A stretch of 64,000 nt of DNA from Mobula birostris (GCF_030028105.1 NC_092378.1:30312715-30376714), one strand, 5' to 3'. Counted from the stretch's first letter, positions 25,085 to 39,080 are shown. Notes: a model not told the origin generated them from the letters alone. Made by a program: numbers and translations.

Positions 25085-27680
25085 CAAAGTAAACTTATTA
25101 TCAAAGTACATATGCAACTGAGATTCATTTTCTTGTGGGCATATCAAGAAATCCAATAATCATAACAAAGTCAATGAAGACTGCCAGGCAATCAGTGTGC
25201 AAAAGACAACAAACTGCAAATACAAAAGGAAAAAATAATAATTAAGCAATAATTATTGAGAACATGTAGATAAAGTGTCTTTGAAAGTGAGTCCATGGAT
25301 TGTGAGAACGTTTCAGTGTTGTAGTGAATGAAGTTATCTTCTCTGGTTCAAGAGCCTGAACCTCGTACTTTCCTTACTCTCCCGTTTTAGCCAGTTTTCA
25401 GGATATAAATTGAACCTACATAAGAGTGAATTATTTCCTTTAAATAATTTGGTATCAATTAATACTACTCTCCCTTTTAAAATTGAAAGGAATCAATTTA
25501 CTTATATGGGTGTAACAGTCACTAAGAACTACAAACACCTGTTTAAAGAAAACTTTCTTACTTTATTGAACCATGTAAAAAGGATATCATTAAATTGGTC
25601 ACCTCTTTCAATATCATTGATTGGACGAATTAATTCTATTAAAATGAATATTCTACCTAAATTTATATATCTTTTTCAGGCTTTACCCATTTTTATTCCC
25701 AAATCCTTTTTTGACTCTCTTGATTCTATTGTATCCTCTTATATATGGAAAAATAAATATCCTCAATTAAATAAAGTTCATCTTCAAAAATCTAAAAGTC
25801 TGGAGGTTTAGCCTTACCTAATTTTAGGTTTTATTACTGGGCAGTTAATATACGATATCTTACATTTTGGCTATATTATATTAATGGTGTAGACTGTCCG
25901 GTATGGGTTTCTTTAGAAGCTAACTGTTAATAAATTGTACTCTGAGGATCTGGATACAATTTAGAAAACACTTTGGTTTATTGAGATTTTCCCTTTCTAG
26001 TCCCATTTATTCTAACTTTTTTTTTTAAAACCCTCCATGACTGATTTAGTTTTTAAAGAATGGGACAGGTTGGGTATTAAATGTTTTTGGGATCTGTTTG
26101 TAGGAGGAAATCTTTTTTCATTTGAGCAATTGTCAGCTAAATATAGCTTACCCAAAATTCACTTTTTTAGATATTTACAAATCAGAGACTTTCTAAGATC
26201 TCAATTATGCACATTTCCTATAAGCTCAGATAAGAACTTACTAGACATAATTTTCAATTTGACACCTTTTCATAATAGTTCAATATCTAATATTTATAGC
26301 ATGTTACTGGAGACGAGGAATGTTCCTTTAGACAAAATTAAGAATCTCTGGGAACAAGATTTACAGACATCAATATCTGAGGAAACTTGGAATGAAATTT
26401 TTAAATTGGTTATCGTTATGTGCTCGCCATTCCCCCATACAATTTAAGGTGGTACGTAGAGCTCATATGACCAAGGATAAGCTATCTCATTTTTATTTGG
26501 ATATATCTCCCTGCTGTGACAGATGTAATATTGGAGAAGCGTCATTAATTCATGTTTTGGACTTGTCAAGAGTCTTGAAAAATATTGGAAGGAAGTTTTT
26601 CAAACTTTTTCTTTACTTTTCAAAGTCAATTTTACACCTAATCCTCTGACAGCCCTATTTGGTATTGTTGCAGGACAAGATATCAAGCTGAAGACATCTG
26701 ATTTACATATTTTGGCCTTTAACTCTCTTATAGCTAGGAGGGTGCTTTTGTTCAAATGGAAAGATGTTTTTCCTCCTACTCGTGCTCAATGGTTATGCGA
26801 CATTATGTCATGCTTAGATTTAGAGAAGATTTGTTGTTCAATTTCTGAATCTCGTCAAGACTTTCAAACATTGTGGGGACCTTTTTTTGAATTATTTTCA
26901 AAACCTTCAAGTCATTATTTAAATTCAGATGTTGGCTATTAATATTTTTTATTATATGAGAAGCTATTTTACTTTTTTTCTCCTTAATAAACAGCTTCAG
27001 TCTTGGCAGGGGTTAGATTTTTTTAAATAAATTAGCATATTTCAATATAACTATTGATTAACTTACATGAATACGGGGTAGTGAGATTGTTGTTATGAAT
27101 AGATATAATGTAATTGGTAGTTTTTAAAAATCTTTTTTGACTTATTTTTTATATACGTTCTTGAACTCTGTATTCTTCTATGTAGAAACTAATAGAAATA
27201 TTGGAAAGAGGAGCCTGAACCTGGTGGTGTGGGTCCCAAGGTTGCTGTACCTCCTTCCTGATGGCAGCAGCAAGAATAGAGCATGACTTGGGTGGTGGGA
27301 GTCCCTGATGATGGATGCTGCTTTATGTGGCAATGCTCCAAGTAGATGAATTCAATGGTGGAGAGGGCTTTACCCATGATGGGCTGGGCCATATCCACTA
27401 CTCTTTGTAGGATTTTCTGATCAAGCTCATTGGCGCTTTCATGCCACACCCTGCTGGAGCCAGTCAATATACTTTCCACTGCACATCTATGGAAGTTTGT
27501 CAAAGTTTTAGATGTCATGCCAAATCTTTGCAAACATCCAAGGAAAGGAGGCGCTGCCATGCTTTCTAGGAAATCGCACTTACTTGCCGGGCCCAGGACA
27601 GATCCTCTGAAATGAGGAATGCTGAACCTCTCCATCTCTGAACCCCTGATAAGTACTGGCTCATGGACCTCTGGTTTCAT
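25085..27680 (-). mobile_element. Rex1/Babar 3' fragment interrupted by an L1 insertion
   Basis: Tail at about 25085-25350 and coding remnant at 27211-27680 (KTLTNFHRCAVESILTG) are continuous across the L1. Confidence 0.8.
25364..27210 (+). mobile_element. L1-clade LINE, 5'-truncated ORF2 3' end, 12-bp TSD
   Basis: FSGYKLNLHKSE, LSISLIGRINSIKMNILPKFIYLFQ, GGLALPNF and a cysteine knuckle (CDRC). GAGCCTGAACCT at 25352-25363 and 27211-27222. Confidence 0.9.
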
Positions 27681-27779
27681 CGTAAGTTATAAATGTCTGC
27701 CAAATTGTAATTGACAACAGCATCAAGGCAGATAGATGTCAAATATTTTGCTTCTATCGACAGTAAAGAAGGCAGAGCG

Positions 27780-28578
27780 TAGGAGGGTTAATGGCATCTA
27801 ATGGCAACTCCTTTGCTTGCATCTTCGGAAACAGCTCTATTTCTATCTTTAATATCTCTATTTTACCCTTTCAGACCCTGATCTGGAGTTACACGCTGAC
27901 TACGGTTCTTTGTGGAATGGGACCCGCTCTCGGGGTTCCATAACTGGCCATTGTTCGGCACACCAAAGGCTCAGCCTAGGAGTCCGGCTCAAATTCGGAA
28001 GCCTAGGATCTCAGGGCTCTGGAGACGGGCGGATCGAGGGTCAGTGTTACGACAGGAGACCCGTGTGTCACCAGGGGAGTCGGAATATCTGCTGTGTGCC
28101 TGGAGACCCGGGATCTTTGTGACCTTCAGGCACAGAGCACGAAAAAAGCAACGTAACGGACTTCTAACATCATAAACCAGCGAGTTGTTTGTCATGTCTC
28201 TCCGCTCACTGGGAAAATGGAGATATCTCTCTCTCCCTTAATAGGGAGAGAAAGAGAACCTGTGGTATGTCGAATACCAGGTGAAACGCAAAGTCTTTGG
28301 GGTAACTGCAAGGCTTTGTTTTTGGTATTGCTTTGCTCACGTTTGAGTGCTTGGTGGCAGTGCCAATACTTGCTTTATTTGGCGGTGAGGGGCGGGGGGA
28401 TTGTTGCTCGCTGCCATTTGCGCACGGGGGGGAGCTGGGGGGGACTTTGGGGTTCTAACATTTAACTGTTGTTCATTCTTTAGGGCACTTCTCTGTTTTC
28501 ATGGATGGTTACGAAGAAAAAGCATTTCAGGATGTATATTGTATACATTTCTCTGACATTAACTTGTACCTTTGAACT
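27780..28578 (+). mobile_element. Non-autonomous retroelement (about 0.8 kb) with Rex-like 3' tail
   Basis: GC/CpG-rich body, no RT; ends GACATTAACTTGTACCTTTGAAC, resembling Rex tails elsewhere in the window. Confidence 0.5.
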
Positions 28579-29854
28579 AATTGTTACAGCCACACAAAAG
28601 GCATTCTGCAGACTTTACCATCAGCTTACCCAAACTGGCAAATGAAACCTTGTTTTAACATGGTATTCTTAAAGTGTTACTAAAGTGATGGTTTAAATCC
28701 ATACATTTCAATGCAGACAAAAACTCTAAGTAAAGCTGACTAGTGAATCAAATGGTGGATAAATCTACACAATCAGTAGTTCTAATTTGACTGAATAAGC
28801 ACAAAGGCAAATAAAGGCTGTTATCAGTAGATAGACAAAGCTATCAATTAATTAATCCCAATGCTATTTCCATTATTGTTTGTCTATTCATAGAAGCAGT
28901 GCTTATTTTGGATAAGGAATACATTATTTATTTTGTTTTACAGGATCTGAATGCCACTGGCAAAGCCAGCCTCAATTATCCTTCATAATCTGGTGATAAG
29001 GCACTTCCTTGAACTGCTGTAGTGTTTAAGGTAAAGGCACACCCACAATGCTTTTGTGGAGAGAGCTTCAGGATTTAGAACCAATGATGGAACAGTGATA
29101 CATTTTCAAGTCAGGAAAATGTTGGAGTAGTTTAGGCAAGTAACTGCAGTGACATTTGAGAAGGAATAAACATTTAGAGTTTATAATGGTCTTTCCTTTT
29201 CATCCACTTTTCAGAATTTGAAAGAAATTGTCCAGTAAAACTTAATATGTCTGAAGTTGAGTAAGAAATTGGACAACTTTATAGATTAAAGTTCTATTAA
29301 AAAATGCAGATTTTGAGAAAATTTGAGAGAGAACTTTTTCCAGTGAGTAATTGGAATCTGGAATATAATATCTGAAGGGGTGATGAGGCAAGTCATCAAA
29401 GAATATTTAAATATTTAACTAAGCATTTGAAGCACAATGACAGAAGTCTACCACCCAAATGTTGGAAACTGGAGTTAGTATAGATAGGCAATTGATGGTC
29501 AGCATGGACACAGTGAGCTTATTTTTGTGCTCTCTAAATCAAGCATTCTTACCTGGTCTACTCTCAATAAAGAGAAGAAATTTCACCAATGGGGTTATTG
29601 AGAAGCATTTTCGTTCCAAAACATGCTCACTGATGCCCAGCTCAAATTTCATCCAGATTATTCAGGTCCAGACCTCATCAGTCTTGGTTCAAAGATGAAC
29701 CCAAAAGCTGAATTCCAGAGATGATAAAAGATTGAATTAGGATACATACTTGTTGGCCAGCACAGGCATCGTGGGCCAAGTGCCCACTTCCATGCTGATT
29801 CACTCATTCCCAAAGTTCTGGAAGAAGTTATTTTACCTACTCATTGAAATGAAT

Positions 29855-32800
29855 GTCTGATCGTGTCCAAGATACCCTGAAGTGGGAAGGTGAAGAGCCA
29901 GAGGTCGTGGTACATACAGGTACCAATGACATAGGTAGGAAAAGGGAAGAGGTCCTGAAAGGAGAGTACAGGGAGTTAGGAAGGGAGTTGAGGAAAAGGA
30001 CTGCAAAGGTAGTAATCTCGGGATTACTGCCTGTGCCACACGACAGTGAGAGTAGGAATGCAATGAGGTGGAGGATAAATGCGTGGCTGAAGGATTGGAG
30101 CAGGGAGCAGGGATTCAAGTTTTTGGATCATTGGGACCTCTTTTAGCGCAGGCGTGACCTGTACAAAAAGGACGGGTTACACTTGAATCCGAGGGGGACC
30201 AATATCCTGGCAGGGAGATTAGCGAGGGCTACTGAGGTGACTTTAAACTAGAATGGTTGGGGAGTGGGAATCAAATTAAAGAGGCTAGGCGAGAGGAGGT
30301 TAGTTCACAACAGGGGGATGGGAACCAGTGCAGAGAGATAGAGGGGTGTAAAATGAGGGTAGAAGCAAAAAGTAGTAAGGTGAAAAGTAAAAGTGGCAGA
30401 CCGACAAATCCAGGGCAAGCATCATAAAGGGCCACTTTTCAACATAATTGTAAAAGGACTAAGAGAGTTGTAAAAGAGCGCCTGAAGGCTTTGTGTGTCA
30501 ATGCAAGGACCATTCGTAACAAGGTGGATGAACTGAAAGTGCAGATTGTTATTAATGATTATGATATAGTTGGGAATCACAGAGACATGGCTCCAGGGTG
30601 ACCAAGGATGGGTGCTCAACATTCAGGGATATTCAATATTCAGGAGGGATAGACATGAAAGAAAAGGAGGTGGGGTGGCGTTGCCGGTTAGAGAGAAGAT
30701 TAACGCAATAGAAAGGAAGGACATTAGCCGGGAGGATGTGGAATCGATATGGATAGAGCTGCATAACACTAAGGGGCAGAAAACACTGGTGGGAGTTGTG
30801 TACAGACCACCTAACAGTAGTAGTGAGGTTGGGGATGGTATTAAACAGGAAATTAGAAATGTGTGCAATAAAGGAACAGCAGTTATAATGGGTGACTTCA
30901 ATCTACACGTAGATTGGGTGAACCAAATTGGTAAGGGTGCTGAGGAAGAGGATTTCTTGGAATGTATGCAGGATGGTTTTTTGAACCAACATGTCGAGGA
31001 ACGGACTAGAGAGCAGGCTATTCTAGACTGGGTATTGAGCAATGAGGAAGGGTTAATTAGCAATCTTGTCGTGAGAGGCCTCTTGGGTAACAGTGACCAT
31101 AATATGGTGGAATTCTTCATTAAGATGGAGAGTGACATAGTTAATTCAGAAACAAAGGTTCTGAACTTAAAGAAGGGTAACTTTGAAGGTATGAGACGTG
31201 AATTAGCTAAGATAGACTGGCAAATGACACTTAAAGGGTTGACGGTGGATATGCAATGGCAAGCATTTAAAAATCGCATGGATGAACTACAACAATTGTG
31301 CATCCCAGTTTGGCAAAAGAATAAATCAAGGAAGGTAGTGCACCCATGGCTGACAAGGGAAATTAAGGATAGTATCAATTCCAAAGAAGCAGCATACAAA
31401 TTAGCCAGAAAAAATGGCTCACCTGAGGACTGGGAGAAATTCAGAGTTCAGCAGAGGAGGACAAAGGGCTTAATTAGGAAGGGGAAAAAAAGATTATGAG
31501 AGAAAACTGGCAGGGAACATAAAAACTGACTGTAAAAGCTTTTATAGATATGTGAAAAGAAAAAGATTGGTTAAGACAAATGTAGGTCCCCTACAGACAG
31601 AAACAGGTGAATTGATTATGGGGAGCAAGGACATGGCAGACCAATTGAATAATTACTTTGGTTCTCCCTTCACTAAGGAGGACATAAATAATCTTCCGGA
31701 AATAGTAGGGGACAGAGGGTCCAGTGAGATGGAGGAACTGAGGGAAATACATGTTAGTAGGGAAGTGGTTAAAGGCAGATAAATCCCCAGGGCCAGATGG
31801 TCTGCATCCCAGAGTGCTTAAGGAAGTAGCCCAAGAAATAGTGGATGCATTAGTGATAATTTTTCAAAATTCTTTAGATTCTGGACTAGTTCCTGAGGAT
31901 TGGAGGGTGGCAAATGTAACCCCACTTTTTAAAAAAGGAGGGAGAGAGAAACCAGGGAATTATAGACGGGTTAGCCTGACATCGGTGGTGGGGAAAATGC
32001 CAGAGTCAGTTATCAAAGATGTGATAACTGCACATTTGGAAAGCAGTGAAATCATCGGACAAAGTCAGCATGGATTTGTGAAAGGAAAATCATGTCTGAC
32101 GAACCTCAAAATTTTTTGAGGATGTAACTAGTAGAGTGGATAGGGGAGAATCAGTGGATGTGGTATATTTGGATTTTCAAAAGGCTTTTGACAAGGTCCC
32201 ACACAGGAGATTAGTGTGCAAACTTAAAGCACACGGTATTGGGGGTAAGGTATTGATGTGGATAGAGAATTGGTTGGCAGACAGGAAGCAAAGAGTGGGA
32301 ATAAACGGGACCTTTTCAGAATGGCAGGCAGTGACTAGTGGGGTACCGCAAGGCTCAGTGCTGGGACCCCAGTTGTTTACAATATATATTAATGACTTGG
32401 ATGAGGGAATTAAATGCAGCATCTCCAAGTTTGCGGATGACACGAAGCTGGGCGGCAGCGTTAGCTGTGAGGAGGATGCTAAGAGGATGCAGGGTGACTT
32501 GGATAGGTTAGGTGAGTGGGCAAATTCATGGCAGATGAAATTTAATGTGGATAAATGTGAAGTTATCCACTTTGGTGGCAAAAACAGGAAAACAGATTAT
32601 TATCTGAATGGTGGCCGATTAGGAAAAGGGGAGGTGCAACGAGACCTGGGTGTCATTATACACCAGTCATTGAAAGTGGGCATGCAGGTACAGCAGGCGG
32701 TGAAAAAGGCGAATGGTATGCTGGCATTTATAGCAAGAGGATTCGAGTACAGGAGCAGGGAGGTACTACTGCAGTTGTACAAGGCCTTGGTGAGACCACA

Positions 32801-33358
32801 CCTGGAGTATTGTGTGCAGTTTTGGTCCCCTAATCTGAGGAAAGACATCCTTGCCATAGAGGGAGTGCAAAGAAGGTTCACCAGGTTGATTCCTGGGATG
32901 GCAGAACTTTCATATGATGAAAGACTGGATGAACTAGGCTTATACTCATTGGAATTTAGAAGATTGAGGGGGGATCTGATTGAAACGTATAAAATCCTAA
33001 AGGGATTGGACAGGCTAGATGCAGGAAGAGTGTTCCCGATGTTGGGGAGGTCCAGAATGAGGGGTCACAGTTTGAGGATAAAGGGGAAGTCTTTTAGGAC
33101 CGAGATTAGGAAAAACTTCTTCACACAGAGAGTGGTGAATCTGTGGAATTCTCTGCCACAGGAAACAGTTGAGGCCAGTTCATTGGCTATATTTAAGAGG
33201 GAGTTAGATATGGCCCTGTGGCTAAAGGGATCAGGGGGTATGGAGGGAAGGCTGGTGCAGGGTTCTGAGTTGGATGATCAGCCATGATCATACTGAATGG
33301 CGGTGCAGGCTTGAAGGGCCTACTCCTGCACCTATTTTCTATGTTTCTATGTTTCTAT
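29855..33358 (+). mobile_element. CR1 LINE, relatively young: ORF1 SGNH-esterase end plus ORF2 APE and RT, frameshifted
   Basis: VVVHTGTNDIG and DGLHLN (SGNH); GITETWL, YRPP, MGDFN, SDH (APE); YLDFQKAFDKVPH, GVPQGSVLGP, KFADDTKL (RT); (TTTCTATG)n 3' tail. Confidence 0.95.
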
Positions 33359-33439
33359 AAACAAAGATGAGAAACACATTAAAATTTAGAGAAAAGGTGC
33401 AAAAGAAAAAGTAACCAAGTCCAATGGATTATTGACCAT

Positions 33440-34148
33440 TATCTGAAAAGTTGTTGGGACAAAACCAAAATGCAATAGCTCCCTGAAAGTGGCTACCCAG
33501 GTTGACAGGGTGGTTACGAAGTCATGTGGCATGTTTACTTTTATTAGTTGAGGCACTGACTTCAAAAGTTAGGAAGTTATGTTGCAGCTTTATAAAACTC
33601 TAGTTAGGCCACATCTGGAGCATGCACACAGTTCTGGTCACCCCATTATAGGGAGGATGTTGAGGCTTTGGAGAGGCTGCAGTAGAGATTTACCAGGATG
33701 CTGCCTGGTTTAAAGAGCATGTTCTATAATAATAGGTTGGACAGACTTGGGTTGTTTTCTCTGGGCAGCAGAGTCTGAGGGGATTTATTAGAGTTTCATA
33801 AGGGAGGCAGTCTATTTTTCCCAGGTTTGAAATGTTTAACACCAGAAGACATGCATTTAAGGTGAGAAGGGGTAGGTTCAAAGTAGATGTGAGGTGCATT
33901 TATTTCTTTTTAAATATAAACACAGAGTGGTGGGTACCTGGAATGTGCTGCCTGGGATGGTGGTACATTAGGGACTTTTAGGAGTCTTAGATAGGCACAT
34001 GGATGGGAGGGAAATGAAATGATATGAACATTGTGGAGGCAGAAGGAATTAATTTAGCTGGTCATTAGATTACTAATTTAATCGGTTCGGCACATCGTTG
34101 TGGGTAGAGGGCCTGTTTCTGTGCTGTGCTGTACTGTTCTATGTTCTG
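33440..34148 (+). mobile_element. CR1 LINE 3' fragment of another subfamily
   Basis: LQLYKTLVRPHLE motif; 3' end GGGCCTGTTTCTGTGCTGTGCTGTACTGTTCTATGTTCT. Confidence 0.82.
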
Positions 34149-34637
34149 TTTCAGATGTACAAAATCCAAACAAAGCACAATCTGGATTTATAGCATCATG
34201 CATGTTGAAAAAAATGATCACCTTTTGGGAGAATACAGTGTAGTTTCAGCGGTATATACAGGCTGAGAGTTAAATTATGAAAATAAGCTCTGCAAGTTTA
34301 TTTGGATGTTCTAGAGTGTTGAAAGTTGAGAATGGGCTCACCATGATTTTTCTTTTGATAGAAAAACTGCTTCCTCTAGTGGCAGAATTCAGAACAACAG
34401 ACAATAATCTAAACAAATCAAGTTCATGAGGAAGCCTTTCCCTACCTGTGCTCCAATCTTCACAATAATTATCTGAAAATTTCTGCAGCCATTGGGATAA
34501 ACAGAGCCTCAACCGGATCTGTTTATCCCAAGTATTCAAGGATCTCGATACTTACTTTCAGCGATTTCTCGATTTCACTGAACATTTTGATAGCAGTGTA
34601 CATCCCATCACAGGCCAATGTGGAGCACACTCTAGAC

Positions 34638-34696
34638 GAGGGGTTCCCAACCTTTTTTATGCCATGGTCCGTGGACCCCCAGGCCAGGAACCCCTG
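34638..34696. mobile_element. 59-bp hAT-Charlie-type MITE with 8-bp TSD
   Basis: Terminal inverted repeats AGGGGTTCC / GGAACCCCT; flanks CTCTAGAC (34630-34637) and CTCTAGGC (34697-34704). Related partial copy at about 10992-11045. Confidence 0.8.
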
Positions 34697-35712
34697 CTCT
34701 AGGCAGACTGAGCGATGTGATCCACAGACATAAAACGGCACATCCTGATGCTTTCCCCATCATTTTGGGGTATTTTAACCAGGTCAGCTTGAAAAATCTC
34801 TAAATAATTATTACCAGCAAATCACTTGTAGTTCTAGAGGAAGCAAAACACTGAACCACTGTTACACCACAATCAAGAGTTTCACCATGATATTCCAAGC
34901 CCACCCTTCGGAAAGTCTGATCACCTGGCTACACTTCTACTCTCTGACTATAGGCAGAGACTGAAGACTGCAGCACCAGTGATGAGGACCAAGAAGGTAC
35001 GGACAAGGGAGGTATAGGAGCGCTTACAGGGCTGCTTTGGGTCAGTGGACTGTATTCAGGGATTCATCTTCAAGTCTGAATGAGTACGTCACAGCTCACA
35101 CTGTGACATTAAGACCTGTGTGGAGGAGTGTGTGACTACGAGAATTTGCTGTACATACCCAAATCAAAAGCTAGGAGGTTCGTAGTCTCTGAGGGCTACA
35201 GCTGTGGCATTAAAGTCTAGCGACCCACGTCTAGGCAAGATTACCAAGTACAACTTGTGGAGGGCTATTTCAAGAGCTAAGGAGGTTCTCGGCCCGAAAC
35301 AACAACTATTTATTTTTTCCATTGATACTAAGTTCCTCCAGCATTTTGTGTGTATTGCTTGAACAATTCCATGCAAGGTTGGAGGCAACATCGGATGCAT
35401 GTCAACTCTGACAGGGTTGGCAGGCCATTACTTCCTACAAAGCAAAACCCAACATCACAAAAGGCAGTGATGCTTCACTCTCAGACAAGCTCAACACCTT
35501 TTATGTTCACTTTAAAAGGGAGAATAAAAATACTGCTATAGGGATCCCTGCAGCACCCAAAGACCCTGTGATCTCTGTCTTGGAGGCCGCATCAGGAGGA
35601 TAAACCCTGGCAAGGTGACAGGCCCAACAGAGTACCTGGCTAGGCTCTGAAAACCTGTGCCAACCAACTAGTAGAGGTGTTCAAAGACAATCTTAATCTC
35701 TCATTGCTATAG

Positions 35713-35970
35713 GTCGGCTGGTGGCGCAGTGAGATCAGCACCAGGCTCGAGAACAGAGGTTCCCAAGTTCGATCCTGTAACAGACCGCCCCCGTGTGCGC
35801 TCTCCTTCCTCGCCAGGTTAATAATGAGCTTGCAACTCGGCCCCGTAAAATAATACTACGAAGTGTCTGTGTGAGGAGTGGCGACCCACACAGCCTTTCA
35901 AACTGCACCTTGTAAGGCATGAAAGTGCCCAACGCTAGCCTGTCAGGTCTGAGTCGATGTCATCATCATC
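35713..35970 (+). mobile_element. tRNA-derived SINE with (CAT)n tail
   Basis: Pol III A box TGGCGCAGTGAG and B box GTTCGATCC; TCATCATCATC tail; flanks GCTATAG and GCTGTAG form a probable 7-bp TSD. Confidence 0.82.
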
Positions 35971-36296
35971 GCTGTAGTCGGAGGTTCCCACCTGCTTCAA
36001 AAGGGCAACAATTTGACCAGAGGCCAAGATGATTAGAGTGAGGTGCCTTAACGTCTATCATCCAGTAGCACACATCTATGGTAATGAAGTGCTTTGAGAA
36101 GTCATTTATGCCTAGAATCAACAACCGTCTCAGCAAGGACCTGGACCCACTGCAATTTGCCCATTGCCATAATAGGTCAATAGCAGACACAATCTCATTG
36201 GCTCTCCATGTGCCCTTGGAGCACCTGGACAATACAAGTACCTATATCAGGATGCTGTTTGTTGACTAAAGCTCAGCATTTAACACCATAATTTCT

Positions 36297-39080
36297 TTTT
36301 TTTTTAATATAGTTTTTATTAAATTTTCAAAATGAATACATAGGAAATTAAATCTACCCTCTCCCCCCCCCCCTCCCCGTATATAGTCCTACCTAAAAAG
36401 AAAAGAAGAAAAACAAGGAACCGCCTGGGTATTGGAAGGTTTCCACATGCTCCATGGGATTCAAAATAAATATAATATACTTATTTGTTAGTTTCCCCAA
36501 GGGACCAAGATCTTTATCGGAGCAATTATATATGCCATCCTATCTTTTGTAAATAAGAGCGCCAGATATTCAAAAATGTTCCATATTTATCTCTTAAATT
36601 ATAAGTAATTTTTTCGAGTGGAATAGAACTAGCCATTTCATTGTTCCAATGATTCATACTTAAATACAAATCAGATTTCCAAGTAACAACTATTGTCTTC
36701 TTAGCTACTGCCAATGCAATTTTTATAAATTCTTTCTGATACTTATTCCATTTAAGTTTTGGCTTTATCCCTTCAATATCACCTAGTAAAAATAATACAG
36801 GGTTATGTGGAAGTTGAGTTCCAGTAATTTGCCCCAATAAGACTCTTAAATTTATCCAAAAGGGTTGAATTTTAAAACAAGATCAAGTAGAATGTAAAAA
36901 AGTACCAATTTCTTGATTACACCGAAAGCATTTATCAGATAGGTTTGAATTTAATCTATTTATTTTTTGTGGTGTAATATATAATTGGTGTAAAAAGTTA
37001 TATTATACTAATCTAAGTCGAACATTTATTGTATTTGTCATACTGTCAACGCACAGTCTTGACCAATTTGTTTCATCAATATTAATATTCAGATCTGTTT
37101 CCCATTCTTGTTTTGACTTAAAAATTGCTACTCCCCACTACAACAACACTACCCACCCAATCTCTCTTTAATTTCTAATGTTCTGTTTCTGTTAAATGCG
37201 TTTCCTGTAAAAAGGCTGAATCTATCTTCATTTTCTTAATATGCGTTAAGATTCTTTTTCTTTTCACTGGTCCATTATGCCCATTAACATTAACACTCAA
37301 AAAATTCAATAAATTAGTCATTATTTTTAACAAAGTTACTCCAATCTAAAACATTACTTAGCTTCTCAACTCTCAAAGTTCCTTGGGGAATCTCTTTGAA
37401 CTTCACCATGTTGCTATGCGTTCCCCTCCCAATCATCCAGGCAAAAAGAAAAAAAAGATAGATGAGATATAAAAAAAAGAAAAAACAAAATACCCCCCCC
37501 ACTAATGTTGTGAATGAAAGGATACACAACACTACCCCCTCCATTTTGCGGGTCGTGGCTGTAGCCACGCTTGCACACATGATTAGCGTAGCAATTGATC
37601 AGTGCTTCTTCCAGCCCCCCCATAACAAAAAAAATTATATTATATAAAAAAATTAATGTTACTATTCCCAACTAGTATTCCTCAAATTTTAACCTTACTT
37701 CCCCTCCCTCATATAATTAGTAATATATTTATATATTCATCCGCCTTCAAAAATCCAACAAATCCATTCTTTGACCCAGTCTTCTTCTTCAATCCATCTC
37801 GCTCCCCTGGTTTTGTTCTTGTACCTGGTGAATATTCAGAGAGTCTCGCACAAACTGCTCCGCTTTCCGGTAATCATCAAAAAATCTTTTTTCTCCACCA
37901 GTCAAAAAAATCTTCAAGGTTGCAGGGTAACGCAATATAAAATGATAACCGTAATCCCATAGGATTTTTTTCACTGGATTAAATTTCTTCCGTCTCTTCA
38001 AAAGTTCATAACTTATGTCAGGGTAGAAAAAAATTTTGTTCCCTTGAATCATCAATGGCCCTTTTCTATTCTTGGCAGCTTGGGCAGCTGCCTGTAGAAT
38101 CCTTTCCTTGTCTTGAAATCTTAAGAATTTTATTAAAATTGCTCATGGATATTGGTCATCTTGTGGTTTTGATCTTAGAGCTCTATGTGCCCGCTCAATT
38201 TCAATTAATCGGTCTTCCTCTTTCATTTGCAAAACTTCCGGGATCCATCTTTGAAAAAATTTTATTGGATTTCCTCCCTCCATACCTTCCTTAAGACCAA
38301 CAATTTTAATATTATTACGTCTACTAAAATTTTCCAACATGTCCACTTTCTCCAAGAGTCGATTTCTTTCCGTGTTCCAGACAAGCAGATCATTTTCTGT
38401 TTTTTCCACTCTATCATTAATATGCTCCATTTTTCTTTCCATCTCCTGAAGCTTCTTATCCATTTTATCCTGTCTTTTCATAGCTTTATTTTAGCACATC
38501 TTCATGTCTCTAAGGTCTGCTCTTACTTTTCTTACTTCAGCCGTTAATTGCAATAAAGCCTCTCTTATATCTCCATCATCTCCTTTAGTTCCAATCTCTT
38601 CCAGTTCTTCCTCCTCTTCTTCATCTATATTCTCTGCGGTATCCGATTCTGACTCTGAGTCACTTTCAGTTGCAGTGGCCGTCGGTTCTTGTAGTTTGAG
38701 TTGTATCGATTTGCACATGCGTTCTTCTTTGCGCATGCGCATTTCCGGCACCTTCTTCCGAGAGACCGCTACCGCCGCCATTGCTCCCTGTTCTACGGCG
38801 GAGATAGAACACATCTCCTCCAAAAGAGATCTAACTTGAGTCCGAGGCTCCATCGCTACAGTAGGCCCTTTTTTCTTCCCATCTCGCGGCGGCTTCGCAA
38901 CAACAGACTTCTTCTGTTGCGGTTTAGGAGGCATATCGTAAAGTAGTCTTGCAAAGTTATAAATAGTTTTCGGAAAGTATTTATTAACTTTGTTTTGTTT
39001 AAACGGTACTTTGCTAATTTTTTTTACGGGAGAGCTGGATTTACACGTCTCAATCCCACATCATCACGTGATGCCCCCCC
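36297..39080 (-). mobile_element. Internally deleted L1-clade element (ORF1 plus fused ORF2 ends, no RT) with poly(A) tail and 13-bp TSD
   Basis: ORF1 38934-37789 (LENFSRRNNIKIVG, IEIERAHR, FYPDIS, YPATL). ORF2 start at 37321 (NVNG...FLQETHL) joins near 37120 to the C-terminal cysteine region. CACCAT(A/G)ATTTCT at 36284-36296 and 39081-39093. Confidence 0.9.

Noticed and set aside
30623-31399. 258-aa antisense ORF, and similar ones at 32177-32881 and 21333-21959
   Set aside because: Shadow frames opposite LINE ORF2 coding sequence.
35713-35790. tRNA gene
   Set aside because: Has A and B boxes but no convincing cloverleaf, and continues into a SINE body with tail and TSD.
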